In this document: piece by piece, positions 46,123 through 57,065 of the stretch
How the letters are laid out: each line of letters begins with the position of its first letter
How positions within the stretch are numbered: the first letter of the stretch is position 1
Origin: an uncultured Nitrospiraceae bacterium
Lineage (GTDB): Bacteria; Nitrospirota; Thermodesulfovibrionia; Thermodesulfovibrionales; UBA6898
Assembly: GCA_963811165.1 (NCBI GenBank)
Contig: CAWEQH010000010.1
Coordinates: forward strand, 608,001 to 672,000
DNA: 64,000 bases
Direction of reading: 5' to 3'
The notes under the pieces: model-generated
Seen by the model: only the letters and a program-made list of their open reading frames with translations
The model's database searches: none
What the model was told of the DNA's origin: nothing
Position numbers and translations under genes: made by a program

Positions 46123-46425
46123 CTATAAAACGATAACCCTGTCTGCATCGTGGTTCATGACAGCGTTATGGTACTGGCTGCCGCAGACTATCTCAGAGGG
46201 CAGTCCTTCGGTCGCAACATCCAGCCCCTTGGCACTATGGTTGCAAAAGCTCATGCCGACGCCCTTTGTCCTGCATAGTTCCGCGAACTCGGGAGCGCCG
46301 AGCAGTTTTGTGCCGTCGTCCATGTTGAACATAAGGACTTCGTGCCCCTTCGCAAGGGCTGCTTTCACGATGCCTATCACATGATTGAGATGTCTATTGG
46401 TGTTTACAAAGATGCCGAGTTTCAT
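46123..46425 (-). CDS. DsrE/DsrF-family protein
   Basis: KLGIFV...AAL.KGHEV..F.MDDG...FCNHSA...CGSQ...ADRVIVL; AAGGAGG SD. Confidence 0.85.
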   Translation of the reverse strand: MKLGIFVNTNRHLNHVIGIVKAALAKGHEVLMFNMDDGTKLLGAPEFAELCRTKGVGMSFCNHSAKGLDVATEGLPSEIVCGSQYHNAVMNHDADRVIVL

Positions 46426-46629
46426 CCGTCTACCTCCTTGCTACTGACCATATTTGTCCCCGACAAACTTCTTTGTCCTCAGAAAATGCCTGATTCCCCG
46501 TTTCAGGTTTATACATAACATAAACGGAAGATAAAGTAAATTGGAAAAATACGAGGGAAATATGAGGGATGCAGTTTATGAATTGCACGGTATCGTAAGT
46601 ACTTGAGATACGTCCACGGCGTCCGTGAT

Positions 46630-47682
46630 TTACTTCAAAGCTTCAAGCAACTCCCTCACCCTTTTACCGACCCCTGCGGCGGTAACTTCCTTCATGCACT
46701 TCAAATCCACACATTTTTTCTTAAAACAGGGCGAACAGGCGGCGCCGCTCCTTACAATCACATGCGAACTTCCATAAGGGCCTGTCCTCTCAGGACTCGT
46801 CGGTCCGAATATGGCGACCACCGGCACGCCTAAGGCGGCGGCGATATGCATCGGACCTGAATCGTTCGAAACAGCGAGCCTCGCCCCCCTCATTATTTCG
46901 ATCAGTTCTGTAAGACTTGTTTTGCCGGCTACCGATACCGCCTTCCCCAGAGAAGACGCCACGACCTTCTCGGCAATCCCCTTATCCGCCCCGCTTCCGA
47001 CCACCACCGACCGGACCGGAACCAGCGAAGCCACTTTACCGAAATTCTCTGCGGGCCAGATCTTGGTCGTCCACCTTGCCCCCGGGACAAAAACTATATA
47101 CTCCTTGAGGTCACTCTTGAAAGCCTTCACCCACGAGTCGCTGTCCTTAGTGAGAGGGAATGGGAAGACGGCGCCATCCGCTTCACAACCCAGCGCAGTT
47201 GCGATCTTTAGGTACCTGTCGACTGCATGCAGGTCTTTCCCTCCCCGTACCGTCGCGGTATAAAAAAACCTGCTGCCTTCTCTGGCCTCTGTAAAACCGA
47301 TCCTTGCAGGAGCGCGGGAAGCCAGCGTGATGAGGCCGCTGCGCAGTAGGCCCTGAAGGTCCACCACCAGATCGTATTGTTCCTCCCTTATTTCTTTAAA
47401 AAGCCTCCTCACCTCCCGAACAGTGTCGACGGCCCGCGAAATCCTCTTCCAGAGATCCTTGTTAATGACGATAAGCTTGTTGATCATAGGATTCCCATCG
47501 AGCAGCCCCTCAAGCCCCTTCGCAATAACCCAGTGAATTTCCGAATTTGGGAAACATGACTTCACCGCACTAAGGAAAGGGAGACTATGCACCACATCGC
47601 CCAGGGAACTGGGCTTGACGATCAGAATTTTTCTTGGGGTTTTCACCAGCGATATGGTATGAGCTGCCGCTGCACCTAACAC
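46630..47682 (-). CDS. waaC: LPS heptosyltransferase I (GT9)
   Basis: ILIVKPSSLGDVVH, DLQGLLRS, NDSGPMHIAAA, FGPT. Confidence 0.85.
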   Translation of the reverse strand: MLGAAAAHTISLVKTPRKILIVKPSSLGDVVHSLPFLSAVKSCFPNSEIHWVIAKGLEGLLDGNPMINKLIVINKDLWKRISRAVDTVREVRRLFKEIREEQYDLVVDLQGLLRSGLITLASRAPARIGFTEAREGSRFFYTATVRGGKDLHAVDRYLKIATALGCEADGAVFPFPLTKDSDSWVKAFKSDLKEYIVFVPGARWTTKIWPAENFGKVASLVPVRSVVVGSGADKGIAEKVVASSLGKAVSVAGKTSLTELIEIMRGARLAVSNDSGPMHIAAALGVPVVAIFGPTSPERTGPYGSSHVIVRSGAACSPCFKKKCVDLKCMKEVTAAGVGKRVRELLEALK

Positions 47683-47719
47683 GATACGTAGTATACCATT
47701 TTCCGGCCCTGCTGACGGC

Positions 47720-49270
47720 CTAACCGCCTCTCACTCCAAGGATAAAACCCGCGGCCGCTTCCAGATCTTCCGCGACAAAATCCGCATAAGGAGAAGTTTC
47801 ATCCTTTCCGGTTTTTACAAGAATTGCCTTCGCGCCGACCGATCTGGCAAGAAGTAGATCCGTCTCTTTATCGCCTACTACGTAGGATGCCCTCAGGTCG
47901 ATGTGATGCTCCGCCCTGGCCCGATAGAGAAGCCCGGGCTCCGGCTTTCTGCAGGAACAATGTTCATCGGGGTGGTGGGGGCAGTAATAAAAGTCTTCGA
48001 ACCCGTATGAGTCCATAAAGAGCCTGTTCACCTTTCGTACAAACTCCTCTTCCACGACTCCCCTTGCCACCCCCGACTGGTTTGAAACGCCGATCAGGGA
48101 GAACCCTTTTTCCTTAAGCCTCTCAAGGACATCAATCTTGCCGAAAATTTGAAGGTCTTCCATTCTGTTAAGAAAATGGGCATCCCTGCAAAGTGTGCCG
48201 TCCCTGTCGAAAAATACCGCCCTGCGAGAGCTAATCGAACTTCTGGCTGCCTCGAATACCTCGTCGGCAGGAATAAGGTCCATGCACTTCAAATCCCCGC
48301 GGCTGCAGCTCCTCTCATAGCAAGGGGCACACTCGATATCTTTTCTGACTACCCTGCTCCCCTCGCCGACAGGGCCGGTATGATCAGCTGAGGTCGAGCC
48401 GAAAACAGCGACCAGCGGCGTGCCTACGGCATATCCTATATGCATCGGACCCGAATCGTTGGTCACCAGAAGGTCGCACTCCGAGATCAGGGCAGCCAGT
48501 TGGCGGAGGTTCATCTTCCCGGCTACAGACAAGACACGCTCTTCATATGACGCGCCGGAAACCGAACCACTCACCGTTTTGCATATCTCATCCGAAATAG
48601 ACGTCTCCGCAGGTCCCCCCAAAACCAGCACGCTCCCGCCGAGGTCATGGATGACCCTTATTGCCACCTCGGCGAATTTTTCAGGATGCCATCTCTTCGA
48701 AGACCCGTACGCCGCCCCGGGGTTGAACGCGACAACCGGCCGTTTCAGATCCCTCAACATTTCTCTTGCCCCGACCCTTTCTTCGAGCTGAAGATAAATC
48801 CAGGGCAGGGATTTCGTTGCAGGCAGTCCGGCCGTCTCAAGGAGGTTGAGGTAATAATCGACATGGTGCAGACGTTTAGTCCGGGCATCAAAAGGTACGG
48901 CCTTCGTAAGAAGAAACCCCCTCATGTCCCTGCCGTAGCCGATCCTTTCGGGGATTCCCGCAAGAGCCGTGATGACGGCGGCATCGAACGCGTTTTGAAG
49001 AAGAAGCGCCGCACAGAAACCCTGTCTCCTGAGTTTTTTTGAGAGTTTGATCCTTCCCGAAAGGCCATGATATTCGTCCGAATAGAGCATTATCTCGTCT
49101 ATATTAGGGTCCTTCTCAAACAAGGGAGCGACCCATGGTTTTACGAGCAGCGTTATCTTCGAAGACCGGTTGGCAAGTCGGAGCGCCCTTAATGCGGGCA
49201 TCGTCATTACCGCATCGCCGATCCAGTTCACACCTCTCACCAGTATGTTATCGCAGTCGCTCAGTGACAT
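47720..49270 (-). CDS. waaF: Heptosyltransferase II fused to heptose-bisphosphate phosphatase (WaaF-GmhB)
   Basis: NWIGDAVM, NPGAAYGSSKRW, NDSGPMH; C-terminal FFDRDGTL, SNQSG, CPHHP...CSCRKP, VGDK. Confidence 0.9.
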   Translation of the reverse strand: MSLSDCDNILVRGVNWIGDAVMTMPALRALRLANRSSKITLLVKPWVAPLFEKDPNIDEIMLYSDEYHGLSGRIKLSKKLRRQGFCAALLLQNAFDAAVITALAGIPERIGYGRDMRGFLLTKAVPFDARTKRLHHVDYYLNLLETAGLPATKSLPWIYLQLEERVGAREMLRDLKRPVVAFNPGAAYGSSKRWHPEKFAEVAIRVIHDLGGSVLVLGGPAETSISDEICKTVSGSVSGASYEERVLSVAGKMNLRQLAALISECDLLVTNDSGPMHIGYAVGTPLVAVFGSTSADHTGPVGEGSRVVRKDIECAPCYERSCSRGDLKCMDLIPADEVFEAARSSISSRRAVFFDRDGTLCRDAHFLNRMEDLQIFGKIDVLERLKEKGFSLIGVSNQSGVARGVVEEEFVRKVNRLFMDSYGFEDFYYCPHHPDEHCSCRKPEPGLLYRARAEHHIDLRASYVVGDKETDLLLARSVGAKAILVKTGKDETSPYADFVAEDLEAAAGFILGVRGG

Positions 49271-49371
49271 TGAGAATTTTAACCTATATTTTGACTTAAA
49301 GTCAGACAGGAAGAAGGGGTTGCACCTGAAATGACGGAGATTTCAAGTTCTTCCCCGCGTGAGCATAAGAA

Positions 49372-49692
49372 TCACCGCTCTTTTTTGGAGAGAACATCAT
49401 CAATCCATGAGATCGCCGCGGATACAGTCGGAAACCCGATCGTACTCGTAAGCAGAAGGAGGGTATGGTACAGTTCCTCCGGCTTTGCCCCGGCCTCAAG
49501 CGCCCTCCTCGCATGGGAATGTACTGCGCCCTCCGACCGCACAGCCGCCGCCCCGGCAAGCTGTATGAGCTGGGACATTCTTTCATCGAGCGGTCCTGAG
49601 CCCTTCGCGGCCTTTCCAAGCGCGCTCAGCGCATTGAAATACTTCTTGAACCTTTTCCCTATCCCCACATATTGGTTAGGCAGTCTGGACAT
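49372..49692 (-). CDS. Carboxymuconolactone decarboxylase family protein
   Basis: GPLD....LI.L........AV.SH.RRAL.AGA..EE.......TIGFP. Confidence 0.85.
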   Translation of the reverse strand: MSRLPNQYVGIGKRFKKYFNALSALGKAAKGSGPLDERMSQLIQLAGAAAVRSEGAVHSHARRALEAGAKPEELYHTLLLLTSTIGFPTVSAAISWIDDVLSKKER

Positions 49693-49716
49693 GATTTACC
49701 CCCTTCGCCGGTTTGA

Positions 49717-50814
49717 TCAATGTATGTATTCCCTTCTCGACCTGCTGCCAAGAGAGGTAAGGATCTCGTAAGGGATCGTGCCTATCCTTGCAGCAAGGTC
49801 GGCCGCAGTAATCGTTTCTTCTCCCCGGCCGCCCACAATAACGACCTCGTCACCCTCGCATACGCCGCCGATGCCGGTAACATCGAGCATCGTCACATCC
49901 ATGCAGACCCTTCCGACAACAGGCGCCCTCCTGCCGTGCACAAGCATCTCCCCGTTATTCGAAAAAAGGCGGCTGTACCCGTCTGCATATCCGACCGGGA
50001 CAACGGCTATCTTACTGTCGTTTTTTGTAACGAAGGTCCTGCCGTAGCTCACGGGTGTTCCCGTACAAAGACTCCTCACCACAAGCACCCTCGTCTTTAC
50101 CGTCATGAGCGGCCTGAGGCCGAACCCTTCCTGAAACGGGGAATACCCGTAGAGCAGAAGCCCCGGCCGCACCGCATCCATCAGGGCATCTTTAAAGGTA
50201 AGTGCCGCCGCGCTGTTTGCGATATGAGACAGAAGCGGCCTCCCGATTCTTGCGGCGACGGCGCCCCTTATCTCGTTGAACAGCTTCAGCTGGTGGAACG
50301 CGTAGGACCTGTCTGCAAGGTCGGCCTCTGAAAAATGGCTCATCAGCCCCGCAAGTTCTATCCCCTTCAAACCCGAGATCTCGACGGCATCGGATACCGC
50401 CTTTCCGGGGATGAACCCTATCCTCCCCATCCCGGTATCCACCTTCATATGAACACGGATGCTTCTGCCCCTTTTCACTGCCTCAATGCCGAATTGCCGG
50501 GCGGTTTCCTTGTCCTGGACTACCGGGACGAGCCCGTACTCGAAGTACTCTTCTATGTCGGACCGATCGAAAAGGACGATGATCTCCGCATCTATACCGG
50601 ATTCCCGGAGCAGTTTCGCCTCACCCGTATAGGCTACCGCAAGGTGAGTAACTCCCAGGCCGACTAGTCTCCTGGCGATCTCGACCGATCCATGCCCATA
50701 AGCATCGGCCTTTACAACGGCAATAACAGGTCTTTCATCGATGATCTTTCTGACTGTTTCGAGGTTGTGGTGAAGCGCGGAAAGGTCGATCTCGGCTACT
50801 GGCCCTCTATTCAC
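49717..50814 (-). CDS. alr: Alanine racemase
   Basis: [39 protein letters not shown]. Confidence 0.96.
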   Translation of the reverse strand: MNRGPVAEIDLSALHHNLETVRKIIDERPVIAVVKADAYGHGSVEIARRLVGLGVTHLAVAYTGEAKLLRESGIDAEIIVLFDRSDIEEYFEYGLVPVVQDKETARQFGIEAVKRGRSIRVHMKVDTGMGRIGFIPGKAVSDAVEISGLKGIELAGLMSHFSEADLADRSYAFHQLKLFNEIRGAVAARIGRPLLSHIANSAAALTFKDALMDAVRPGLLLYGYSPFQEGFGLRPLMTVKTRVLVVRSLCTGTPVSYGRTFVTKNDSKIAVVPVGYADGYSRLFSNNGEMLVHGRRAPVVGRVCMDVTMLDVTGIGGVCEGDEVVIVGGRGEETITAADLAARIGTIPYEILTSLGSRSRREYIH

Positions 50815-51019
50815 CCTTACCCTTTTCTCCGTCTCCTTTGTCCTTCGTCACCTCTTTTTTGGGCGTGACGTCTATCTCGTCGGGCTCTGATGTTGCCTTC
50901 TTGAAGTTCTTTATCGCCTGGCCGACACCCCTGCCGATCTCAGGCAACCTGTTGGCCCCAAAGAGGACGAGAATTATGATGAGGATGACGATAAGCTCGG
51001 GCATTCCCAGACCAAACAT
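50807..51019 (-). CDS. tatA: TatA/TatE subunit (second paralog)
   Basis: [36 protein letters not shown]. Confidence 0.92.
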   Translation of the reverse strand: MFGLGMPELIVILIIILVLFGANRLPEIGRGVGQAIKNFKKATSEPDEIDVTPKKEVTKDKGDGEKGKGE

Positions 51020-51267
51020 ATATGACCTCCTGTCGTCTGTGCAGCACTATCTTTACTTATGTGAGCCGCGGATCCCCGCCGCGACGGCCCTGGACACACT
51101 ATTACCTGGCTGATTCATAGACACCATGATAGTTTATTAAAAAACAACCATTAATACAATACCTAAGGGCCGCGTGCCGAAAGAATTTTTCCTTGCTCAA
51201 ACAGTCTCTGTTCTGGTATAACTAAATATAGGGTATTTGAGGTAATTACCTGCCCTGTAAGTGATAT

Positions 51268-51603
51268 ATGAAAAAGTTGGTCCGGCAAATTAGATCTTTT
51301 GGGAGCCTGCGTAAGGTGTCGGTGTGCATGTTGACCAGGTGTCAAAAGCCTAAAGCCACCTTTACGGCACCCACCTATCCAATAGGCGGATCTGATTCTT
51401 CATGTACACGGCAGGGCGGGATACTAATATTTTTGATGAAGCTGGCGGCTATGGTTTTCGCACTTTTGGGTGGAAGCACCAGGGGAAAAAGAAAATACAA
51501 CACATCCGGGTCCTCCTTTGTGGGCCATTTCATAGATTCACAGAAACAATTTTCATTTATATTCGGCCCTTTCCCAACACCAAAAGTCATGCGTAAATCA
51601 TAG
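51268..51603 (+). CDS. Possible hypothetical protein upstream of rarA
   Basis: 111-aa ORF filling the gap; no recognisable motif; stop codon lies in the hairpin over the rarA SD. Confidence 0.3.
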   Translation: MKKLVRQIRSFGSLRKVSVCMLTRCQKPKATFTAPTYPIGGSDSSCTRQGGILIFLMKLAAMVFALLGGSTRGKRKYNTSGSSFVGHFIDSQKQFSFIFGPFPTPKVMRKS

Positions 51604-51625
51604 TCCCGGTCGAGGACTATGATAC

Positions 51626-52900
51626 TTGGAACTTTTTAAGACCCAAAGAAGGATTTCTCCCCTTGCGTGGCGAATGCAGCCTGAGGATTTCGATGATTTC
51701 CTCGGCCAGTCCCATCTGCTTGCCGTTCAGAAACCGCTCAGGAGACTCATAGAGGAAGACAAGATCGTCTCACTGATATTGTACGGTCCGCCCGGAACCG
51801 GGAAAACCGCTCTTGCCCATATCATCGCAAAAAAGACCAGGGCCGAATTCATCTCGATAAACGCCGTCACCGCCGGCATAAAGGAGATACGGGAGGCGGT
51901 CTCCTCGATAAGGTCTGAAAAAACGATACTCTTTGTAGACGAGATCCACCGCTTCAATAAGATACAACAAGACGCCCTCCTCCCCTATATCGAAACAGGC
52001 GAATTAACGCTTATCGGCGCATCTACCCAAAACCCCTTCTTTGCACTTGTCCCGGCACTTTCTTCGCGGTCCGTGATCTTTCAGTTCCGTCCGATACCTA
52101 AAGACGACCTGAAAAGGCTTGTGACAAGGGCACTTTCAGATGCGAAGGGGCTCGGCGACCATCACGCCTCCATTGAAGACGAGGCGATCGACTTTATCGC
52201 TTCCGTAAGTGAGGGTGATGCGAGAAGGGCGCTGAATATCCTTGAGCTCGCCTTCCTTTCGTCAGGCGGGAGAGAAGGCGGACGAGTCATAACCCTCGGT
52301 CATGTCAAAGAGGTCTTAGAGAACAAGACGCTCTACTATGACGAAGACGACCACTACGATACTATTTCCGCCTTCATAAAAAGCATGAGGGGGTCCGACC
52401 CCGACGCAACGGTCTACTGGATGGCAAAGATGATCGAATCAGGAGAAGACCCGCTCTTCATTGCAAGGAGAATCGTGATCTGCGCCTCGGAAGACGTCGG
52501 CAATGCAGACCCGCAGGCGCTCGTCGTTGCGGTCTCCGCCATGCACGCACTGGAGCGGATCGGAATGCCGGAAGGCAGAATCCCTCTGTCACAGGCGGCC
52601 ATCTACATCGCTACGGCCCCCAAGAGCAATGCCTCATATGCCGCGTTAGAAAAGGCGAGTGAGGAGATAAGGACCCAACCCGTGCAGCCTGTCCCCGACC
52701 ACCTTAAGGATTCCCACTATACCGGGGCAAAGCGGCTTGGCGCAGGAAAAGGATACCTGTACCCTCATAGCTTCGACGGACATTACATTACACAGGATTA
52801 TATGCGTATCCATAAATCTTTTTATACCCCTTCCTCGGAAGGATATGAAGAGGTCATTAAATCACGGCTGCAAAAAAGGAGGAGCACTACTGATGATTAA
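51626..52900 (+). CDS. rarA: Replication-associated recombination protein A
   Basis: [46 protein letters not shown]. Confidence 0.95.
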   Translation: MELFKTQRRISPLAWRMQPEDFDDFLGQSHLLAVQKPLRRLIEEDKIVSLILYGPPGTGKTALAHIIAKKTRAEFISINAVTAGIKEIREAVSSIRSEKTILFVDEIHRFNKIQQDALLPYIETGELTLIGASTQNPFFALVPALSSRSVIFQFRPIPKDDLKRLVTRALSDAKGLGDHHASIEDEAIDFIASVSEGDARRALNILELAFLSSGGREGGRVITLGHVKEVLENKTLYYDEDDHYDTISAFIKSMRGSDPDATVYWMAKMIESGEDPLFIARRIVICASEDVGNADPQALVVAVSAMHALERIGMPEGRIPLSQAAIYIATAPKSNASYAALEKASEEIRTQPVQPVPDHLKDSHYTGAKRLGAGKGYLYPHSFDGHYITQDYMRIHKSFYTPSSEGYEEVIKSRLQKRRSTTDD

Positions 52901-54455
52901 TATGGTTTATCTGCTTGCCTCTATCGGCGCTGGAATCGTGATCGGCCTGATCTTGAGTCTTTTTTACAGAAACGCCCTCAAGTCTCAGAGGGATTCCATC
53001 GATACCGAAAAAAGGAAGATAGTAGAGGTGGCACTCAAGGAGGCTGAATCAATCAAGAAAGAAGCGTCTCTGGAGGCCAAGGACATCGTCTACCAGTCAA
53101 AGACCGATGCTGAGAAAGAATTGCGGGAAAGACGTTCAGAACTGGGTCATCTTGAAAAGAGGCTCAGACAGAAAGAAGAGACGATCGAGAGAAAATTCGA
53201 TCAAGTAGACAAGCGTGAACACGAACTCTCCAAGCGGGAAAAAGAATATAACGGGAAAGAACGCGCGATCCAGGAAAAAGAGAACAAGTACAACACCCTT
53301 CTGAAGGATCAGACCATCGTCCTCGAAAGGATTTCAGGGTCCACCTCGGAAGAAGCCAAACAGGAACTCCTCAGGCGCACCGAAGAAGACAGCCGCTTTG
53401 AGATTGCAAAACTCGTCAAGAGGATCGAGGACGAGGCGAGGGAGGGTGCGGAGAAAAAGGCAAAGGAGATCATGGGCGCTGCGATACAGAGGTATGCCAG
53501 CGATTATGTTGCGGATGCCACCGTGACAGCGGTAAGTCTCCCCAACGATGAGATGAAAGGCAGGATCATCGGCAGGGAAGGAAGGAACATCAGGGCACTT
53601 GAGGCGGCCACAGGGGTGGACCTCATTGTGGACGATACGCCGGAGATGGTAACACTTTCGGCCTTCGACCCTGTCCGTCGGGAGATCGCGCGGCTGTCGC
53701 TTGAACGCCTGATAGCCGACGGGCGCATCCATCCGACGAGGATAGAAGAGATTGTTGAAAAGGTAAAAAGAGAAGTTGAGATCAATATCAGGGAAGAAGG
53801 TGAAAAGGCCGTCTTTGACCTCGGGCTTTCCGGCATCCATCCGGAGCTCGTGAAGACCTTGGGCAGGCTGAAATACAGGACTTCTTACGGTCAAAACGTG
53901 CTGCAGCACTCCCGCGAGGTGGCCTACTTCGCCGGGATGATGGCCGGAGAAATCGGCGTTGACGCCAAACTGGCCAAGAGGGCAGGCCTTCTCCATGATA
54001 TCGGAAAGGCCATCGACCACGAGATCGAGGGGACCCATCAGGAGATCGGCGCGAACCTCGCCAGGAAGCATAGTGAAAACAACAAAGTCGTAAATGCCAT
54101 CCTGGTACATCACGGCGAAGGCGACCCGATTACGGTCGAGGCCTCCCTTGTTGCGGCCGCGGACGCCCTTTCGGCAGCAAGACCCGGCGTGCGAAGGGAA
54201 AGTATCGAACACTATTTGAAGAGGCTCGAGGCGCTTGAAAAGATGGCTCTTTCTTTTAAGGGCGTCGATAAGTGTTACGCGATCCAGGCGGGAAGGGAGA
54301 TAAGGATCATCGTGAAACCGGAAGACATCAACGATGAGATGTCGTCCATGATCGCCAGGGACCTCTCTAAAAAAATCGAGGCCGAAATGTCTTATCCGGG
54401 CCAGATAAAGGTGACCGTCATAAGAGAAGCGAGATACGTTGAATACGCAAAATAA
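52893..54455 (+). CDS. rny: Ribonuclease Y
   Basis: N-terminal TM, coiled coil, [33 protein letters not shown] before ATG 52893. Confidence 0.96.
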   Translation: MINMVYLLASIGAGIVIGLILSLFYRNALKSQRDSIDTEKRKIVEVALKEAESIKKEASLEAKDIVYQSKTDAEKELRERRSELGHLEKRLRQKEETIERKFDQVDKREHELSKREKEYNGKERAIQEKENKYNTLLKDQTIVLERISGSTSEEAKQELLRRTEEDSRFEIAKLVKRIEDEAREGAEKKAKEIMGAAIQRYASDYVADATVTAVSLPNDEMKGRIIGREGRNIRALEAATGVDLIVDDTPEMVTLSAFDPVRREIARLSLERLIADGRIHPTRIEEIVEKVKREVEINIREEGEKAVFDLGLSGIHPELVKTLGRLKYRTSYGQNVLQHSREVAYFAGMMAGEIGVDAKLAKRAGLLHDIGKAIDHEIEGTHQEIGANLARKHSENNKVVNAILVHHGEGDPITVEASLVAAADALSAARPGVRRESIEHYLKRLEALEKMALSFKGVDKCYAIQAGREIRIIVKPEDINDEMSSMIARDLSKKIEAEMSYPGQIKVTVIREARYVEYAK

Positions 54456-54492
54456 GAAAAAGGGGGAACATAGTCTGTCTATTGAATAAGTT

Positions 54493-54565
54493 TTTGTCAT
54501 CCTCGGGCTTGACCGGGGATCCAGAATATTGGAACATGGACCGCCGCTTTCGCGGGAATGACAAA
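54493..54565. repeat. REP-like palindromic element
   Basis: TTTGTCATCCTCGGGCTTGACCGGGGATCCAG...CGCTTTCGCGGGAATGACAAA with inverted termini. Confidence 0.7.
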
Positions 54566-54594
54566 TTTAGTTAATAGATAGATTCTACTAATGC

Positions 54595-55377
54595 ATGAAA
54601 GTCCTTTTTATCGGTGATATCGTCGGGAAAGGCGGCAGGACGGCCGTCAAGGCACTGCTGCCGAACCTCGTCGACAAATATAAAATCGATCTTGTCATCG
54701 CAAACGGCGAGAATATTGCCGCAGGATTCGGCCTCACGGAGTCGCTGGTCGAAGAGCTTTTCAAGACCGGGGTCCATATCGTAACTACGGGCAACCACGT
54801 CTGGGACAAGAAAGAATTCATTCATTATATATCCAAAGACAACAGGGTCCTGCGCCCCCTGAACTATCCGCCCGGCGTGCCCGGGAGCGGCAGCGTAGCC
54901 ATCACGCTCCAAAACGGGCTGAAGGTAGGGGTGATAAACATCTCGGGAAGGGTTTTTATGACCGGTATGGACTGCCCTTTCAGGACGGGCCAGGCTGAGA
55001 TCGAAAGAATTTCGAAGGAGACCGATATCATTATCATCGATTTCCACGCGGAGGCGACTTCGGAGAAAATCGCCTTCGGATATTTCGTCGACGGAAAGGT
55101 GAGCGCCGTGATCGGCACCCATACCCATGTGCAGACCGCTGATGAAAAGATCCTCCCCAACGGGACGGCATATATCACCGACGTAGGCATGACCGGCCCG
55201 GGCCATTCGGTTATCGGGATGGAGATCAACCAGATCATCCAGAGGTTCCTCACAAGCATGCCGGCCAGGTTCGAGACAGCCCAGGGCGATATCATCCTTT
55301 CTGCCGTTGCGATAGAGATCAACAGCAATACCGGCAGGGCCACGGGGATCCAGAGAGTCCAGATAACGTACCCGTAG
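54595..55377 (+). CDS. ymdB: YmdB-family metallophosphoesterase
   Basis: GDIVG, NGEN, TGNH, DFHAEATSEK, GTHTHV, TDVGMTG; follows rny. Confidence 0.93.
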   Translation: MKVLFIGDIVGKGGRTAVKALLPNLVDKYKIDLVIANGENIAAGFGLTESLVEELFKTGVHIVTTGNHVWDKKEFIHYISKDNRVLRPLNYPPGVPGSGSVAITLQNGLKVGVINISGRVFMTGMDCPFRTGQAEIERISKETDIIIIDFHAEATSEKIAFGYFVDGKVSAVIGTHTHVQTADEKILPNGTAYITDVGMTGPGHSVIGMEINQIIQRFLTSMPARFETAQGDIILSAVAIEINSNTGRATGIQRVQITYP

Positions 55378-55645
55378 CACTCCGTGGCTCCTCTGTATAA
55401 TCTCACTTCCCTACAACTTTAACTACTCTGCCTACTCGGCCTTTTATCGATAACATCGACTTAATGATGCTTTACTTAATGATACTTTCAGGAACCCGAA
55501 ACTCTATCGAGGTTACAACTGGAATAAAAGGGATTAAGAGATTTAATGATAAGTTCACAGTTTCTTCATTTGGCAACTATATACTTAATACTGATGGTTT
55601 TCTGCATCTTAGCAGAAAGAAAATTAGCAAAGAGAAAAAGGAGAG

Positions 55646-56227
55646 ATGAATCTTATGAAAAGGACTACTTTAGTATTAATGTTAACTTGTTTGCTTGCTT
55701 TTGCCGGCAGCGCTCAGGCTATGATGGGCAGCGGCGGCACTGGAACTACGACTGGTGGCACCACAACAACTACCGGCAGCACGGCAATGATGGGAACTTT
55801 TATGCAGATGCCGACAGCCCGGCAGATGTTTGATTATGGCTCCACAACTTCCCCGGTGATGGGGACAGACATTTCCACTGCAATGCCTATAGGTGTCGGT
55901 CCTGTTGCTATGGGCGGCAATATGATTACCATCCATACAGCGATCGGCCAGTTCTCAAATCCGATGGATGTGTACCTCACACTGTATGCACCAGCGGATA
56001 ATCCATTCAATATCTACATGATGCATCCGGACGGGACTATAAAACCTGTATCTGAGGGTATTGAGCCGTGGATGACAGGCGTCACTTCTATAGATCAGAC
56101 GCCAGTTAATAATATGCCTACTGCAGGGCTTCAAAAAGGAACATATACGGTTGGCCTTATGGCCACACCCTCGGGCGGGAATATGTCAACCTACTATATG
56201 TGGACGACACATTTTGTAGTTCAATAA
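55646..56227 (+). CDS. Secreted Met/Thr/Gly-rich protein
   Basis: AAGGAG SD; signal peptide ending AQA; about 22 Met in 193 aa by my count. Confidence 0.8.
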   Translation: MNLMKRTTLVLMLTCLLAFAGSAQAMMGSGGTGTTTGGTTTTTGSTAMMGTFMQMPTARQMFDYGSTTSPVMGTDISTAMPIGVGPVAMGGNMITIHTAIGQFSNPMDVYLTLYAPADNPFNIYMMHPDGTIKPVSEGIEPWMTGVTSIDQTPVNNMPTAGLQKGTYTVGLMATPSGGNMSTYYMWTTHFVVQ

Positions 56228-56247
56228 ACTCAGCGTAACAAATTTAC

Positions 56248-56286
56248 CAAAGGGTGCGGAGACTATTTCCGTGCCCTTTGTTTTTT
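56248..56286 (+). terminator. Intrinsic terminator
   Basis: CAAAGGGTGCGGA-GACTATT-TCCGTGCCCTTTG-TTTTTT. Confidence 0.75.
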
Positions 56287-56506
56287 CCTTCCTCCCGTCC
56301 TTAAACGGAGTCAGTAGGTTCTTCCAATAGTGTTTTATTTCGGATGAAGTCCTTCCCGCTGTCACCATTTTAGTATGCGTGAAGCTGGATGAACGTATTT
56401 GGGGAGGCCGATAATTTCGGTATGAAAGTTGTCATTCACTGAGGAGGGGATCTGATTGCCCCTATCCTCCCTGGTCCTGTCTTTCCCCGTACTCCATATC
56501 GTACTT

Positions 56507-56863
56507 TTATGATTGCGAACGTTGATCGGACTTTCCTGTTATGTTCTCGATAAATTCTTTAATTGCAGTTCTCTGTTTGTTATCCAAATCATGGAATGCA
56601 GCGCCAATTCCGATTCCTTGTTGACAGTGCTTGACTAGCGCCTTCAATGTCACTTGTTCCCCTTTTAACGGGATGCTGATCTCAATCACACTATCCCGGC
56701 TGAAATACAGAAGCGTGTCAATAAACAGGCCTCCTTCACTTATATCCGTAATGGTACTTGACACTACGCCGCCCAACTGAACCTCTTTCATGAGAGAGAT
56801 TCTGTTATGTGCTCTGGTATTTTTTTTGGGCAAAGCGTCCATTGCATTAACTATGCTGTCCAA
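56507..56863 (-). CDS. PilZ-domain protein
   Basis: RAHNR and DISEGG motifs, GIG..F. Confidence 0.8.
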   Translation of the reverse strand: MDSIVNAMDALPKKNTRAHNRISLMKEVQLGGVVSSTITDISEGGLFIDTLLYFSRDSVIEISIPLKGEQVTLKALVKHCQQGIGIGAAFHDLDNKQRTAIKEFIENITGKSDQRSQS

Positions 56864-57065
56864 TCAGTATACAATATAACGCCCCTTACTAAAAGGGGGA
56901 TGATATCCGGCAGATTTTTTCCCCATATGAAAATCATCATAACATGTCGTCAGTTCTTGAAAAGATACAAACTGGCAACAACGATCCCCTCGAGTAACTG
57001 ATCGGGTTGGCGCCATGCGCTTGAATGAGATGTTCGGGAAGAAGGCAAGATTTGCCGGACCTTTG

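Noticed and set aside
51100..52900. 6S RNA, often found upstream of rny
   Set aside because: rny is overlapped by rarA and no long 6S-like rod could be identified
53334..55406. Long antisense ORFs (388, 269 and 180 aa), and similar ones opposite hbd, alr and the sigma gene
   Set aside because: Shadows of well-conserved sense genes with no motifs of their own
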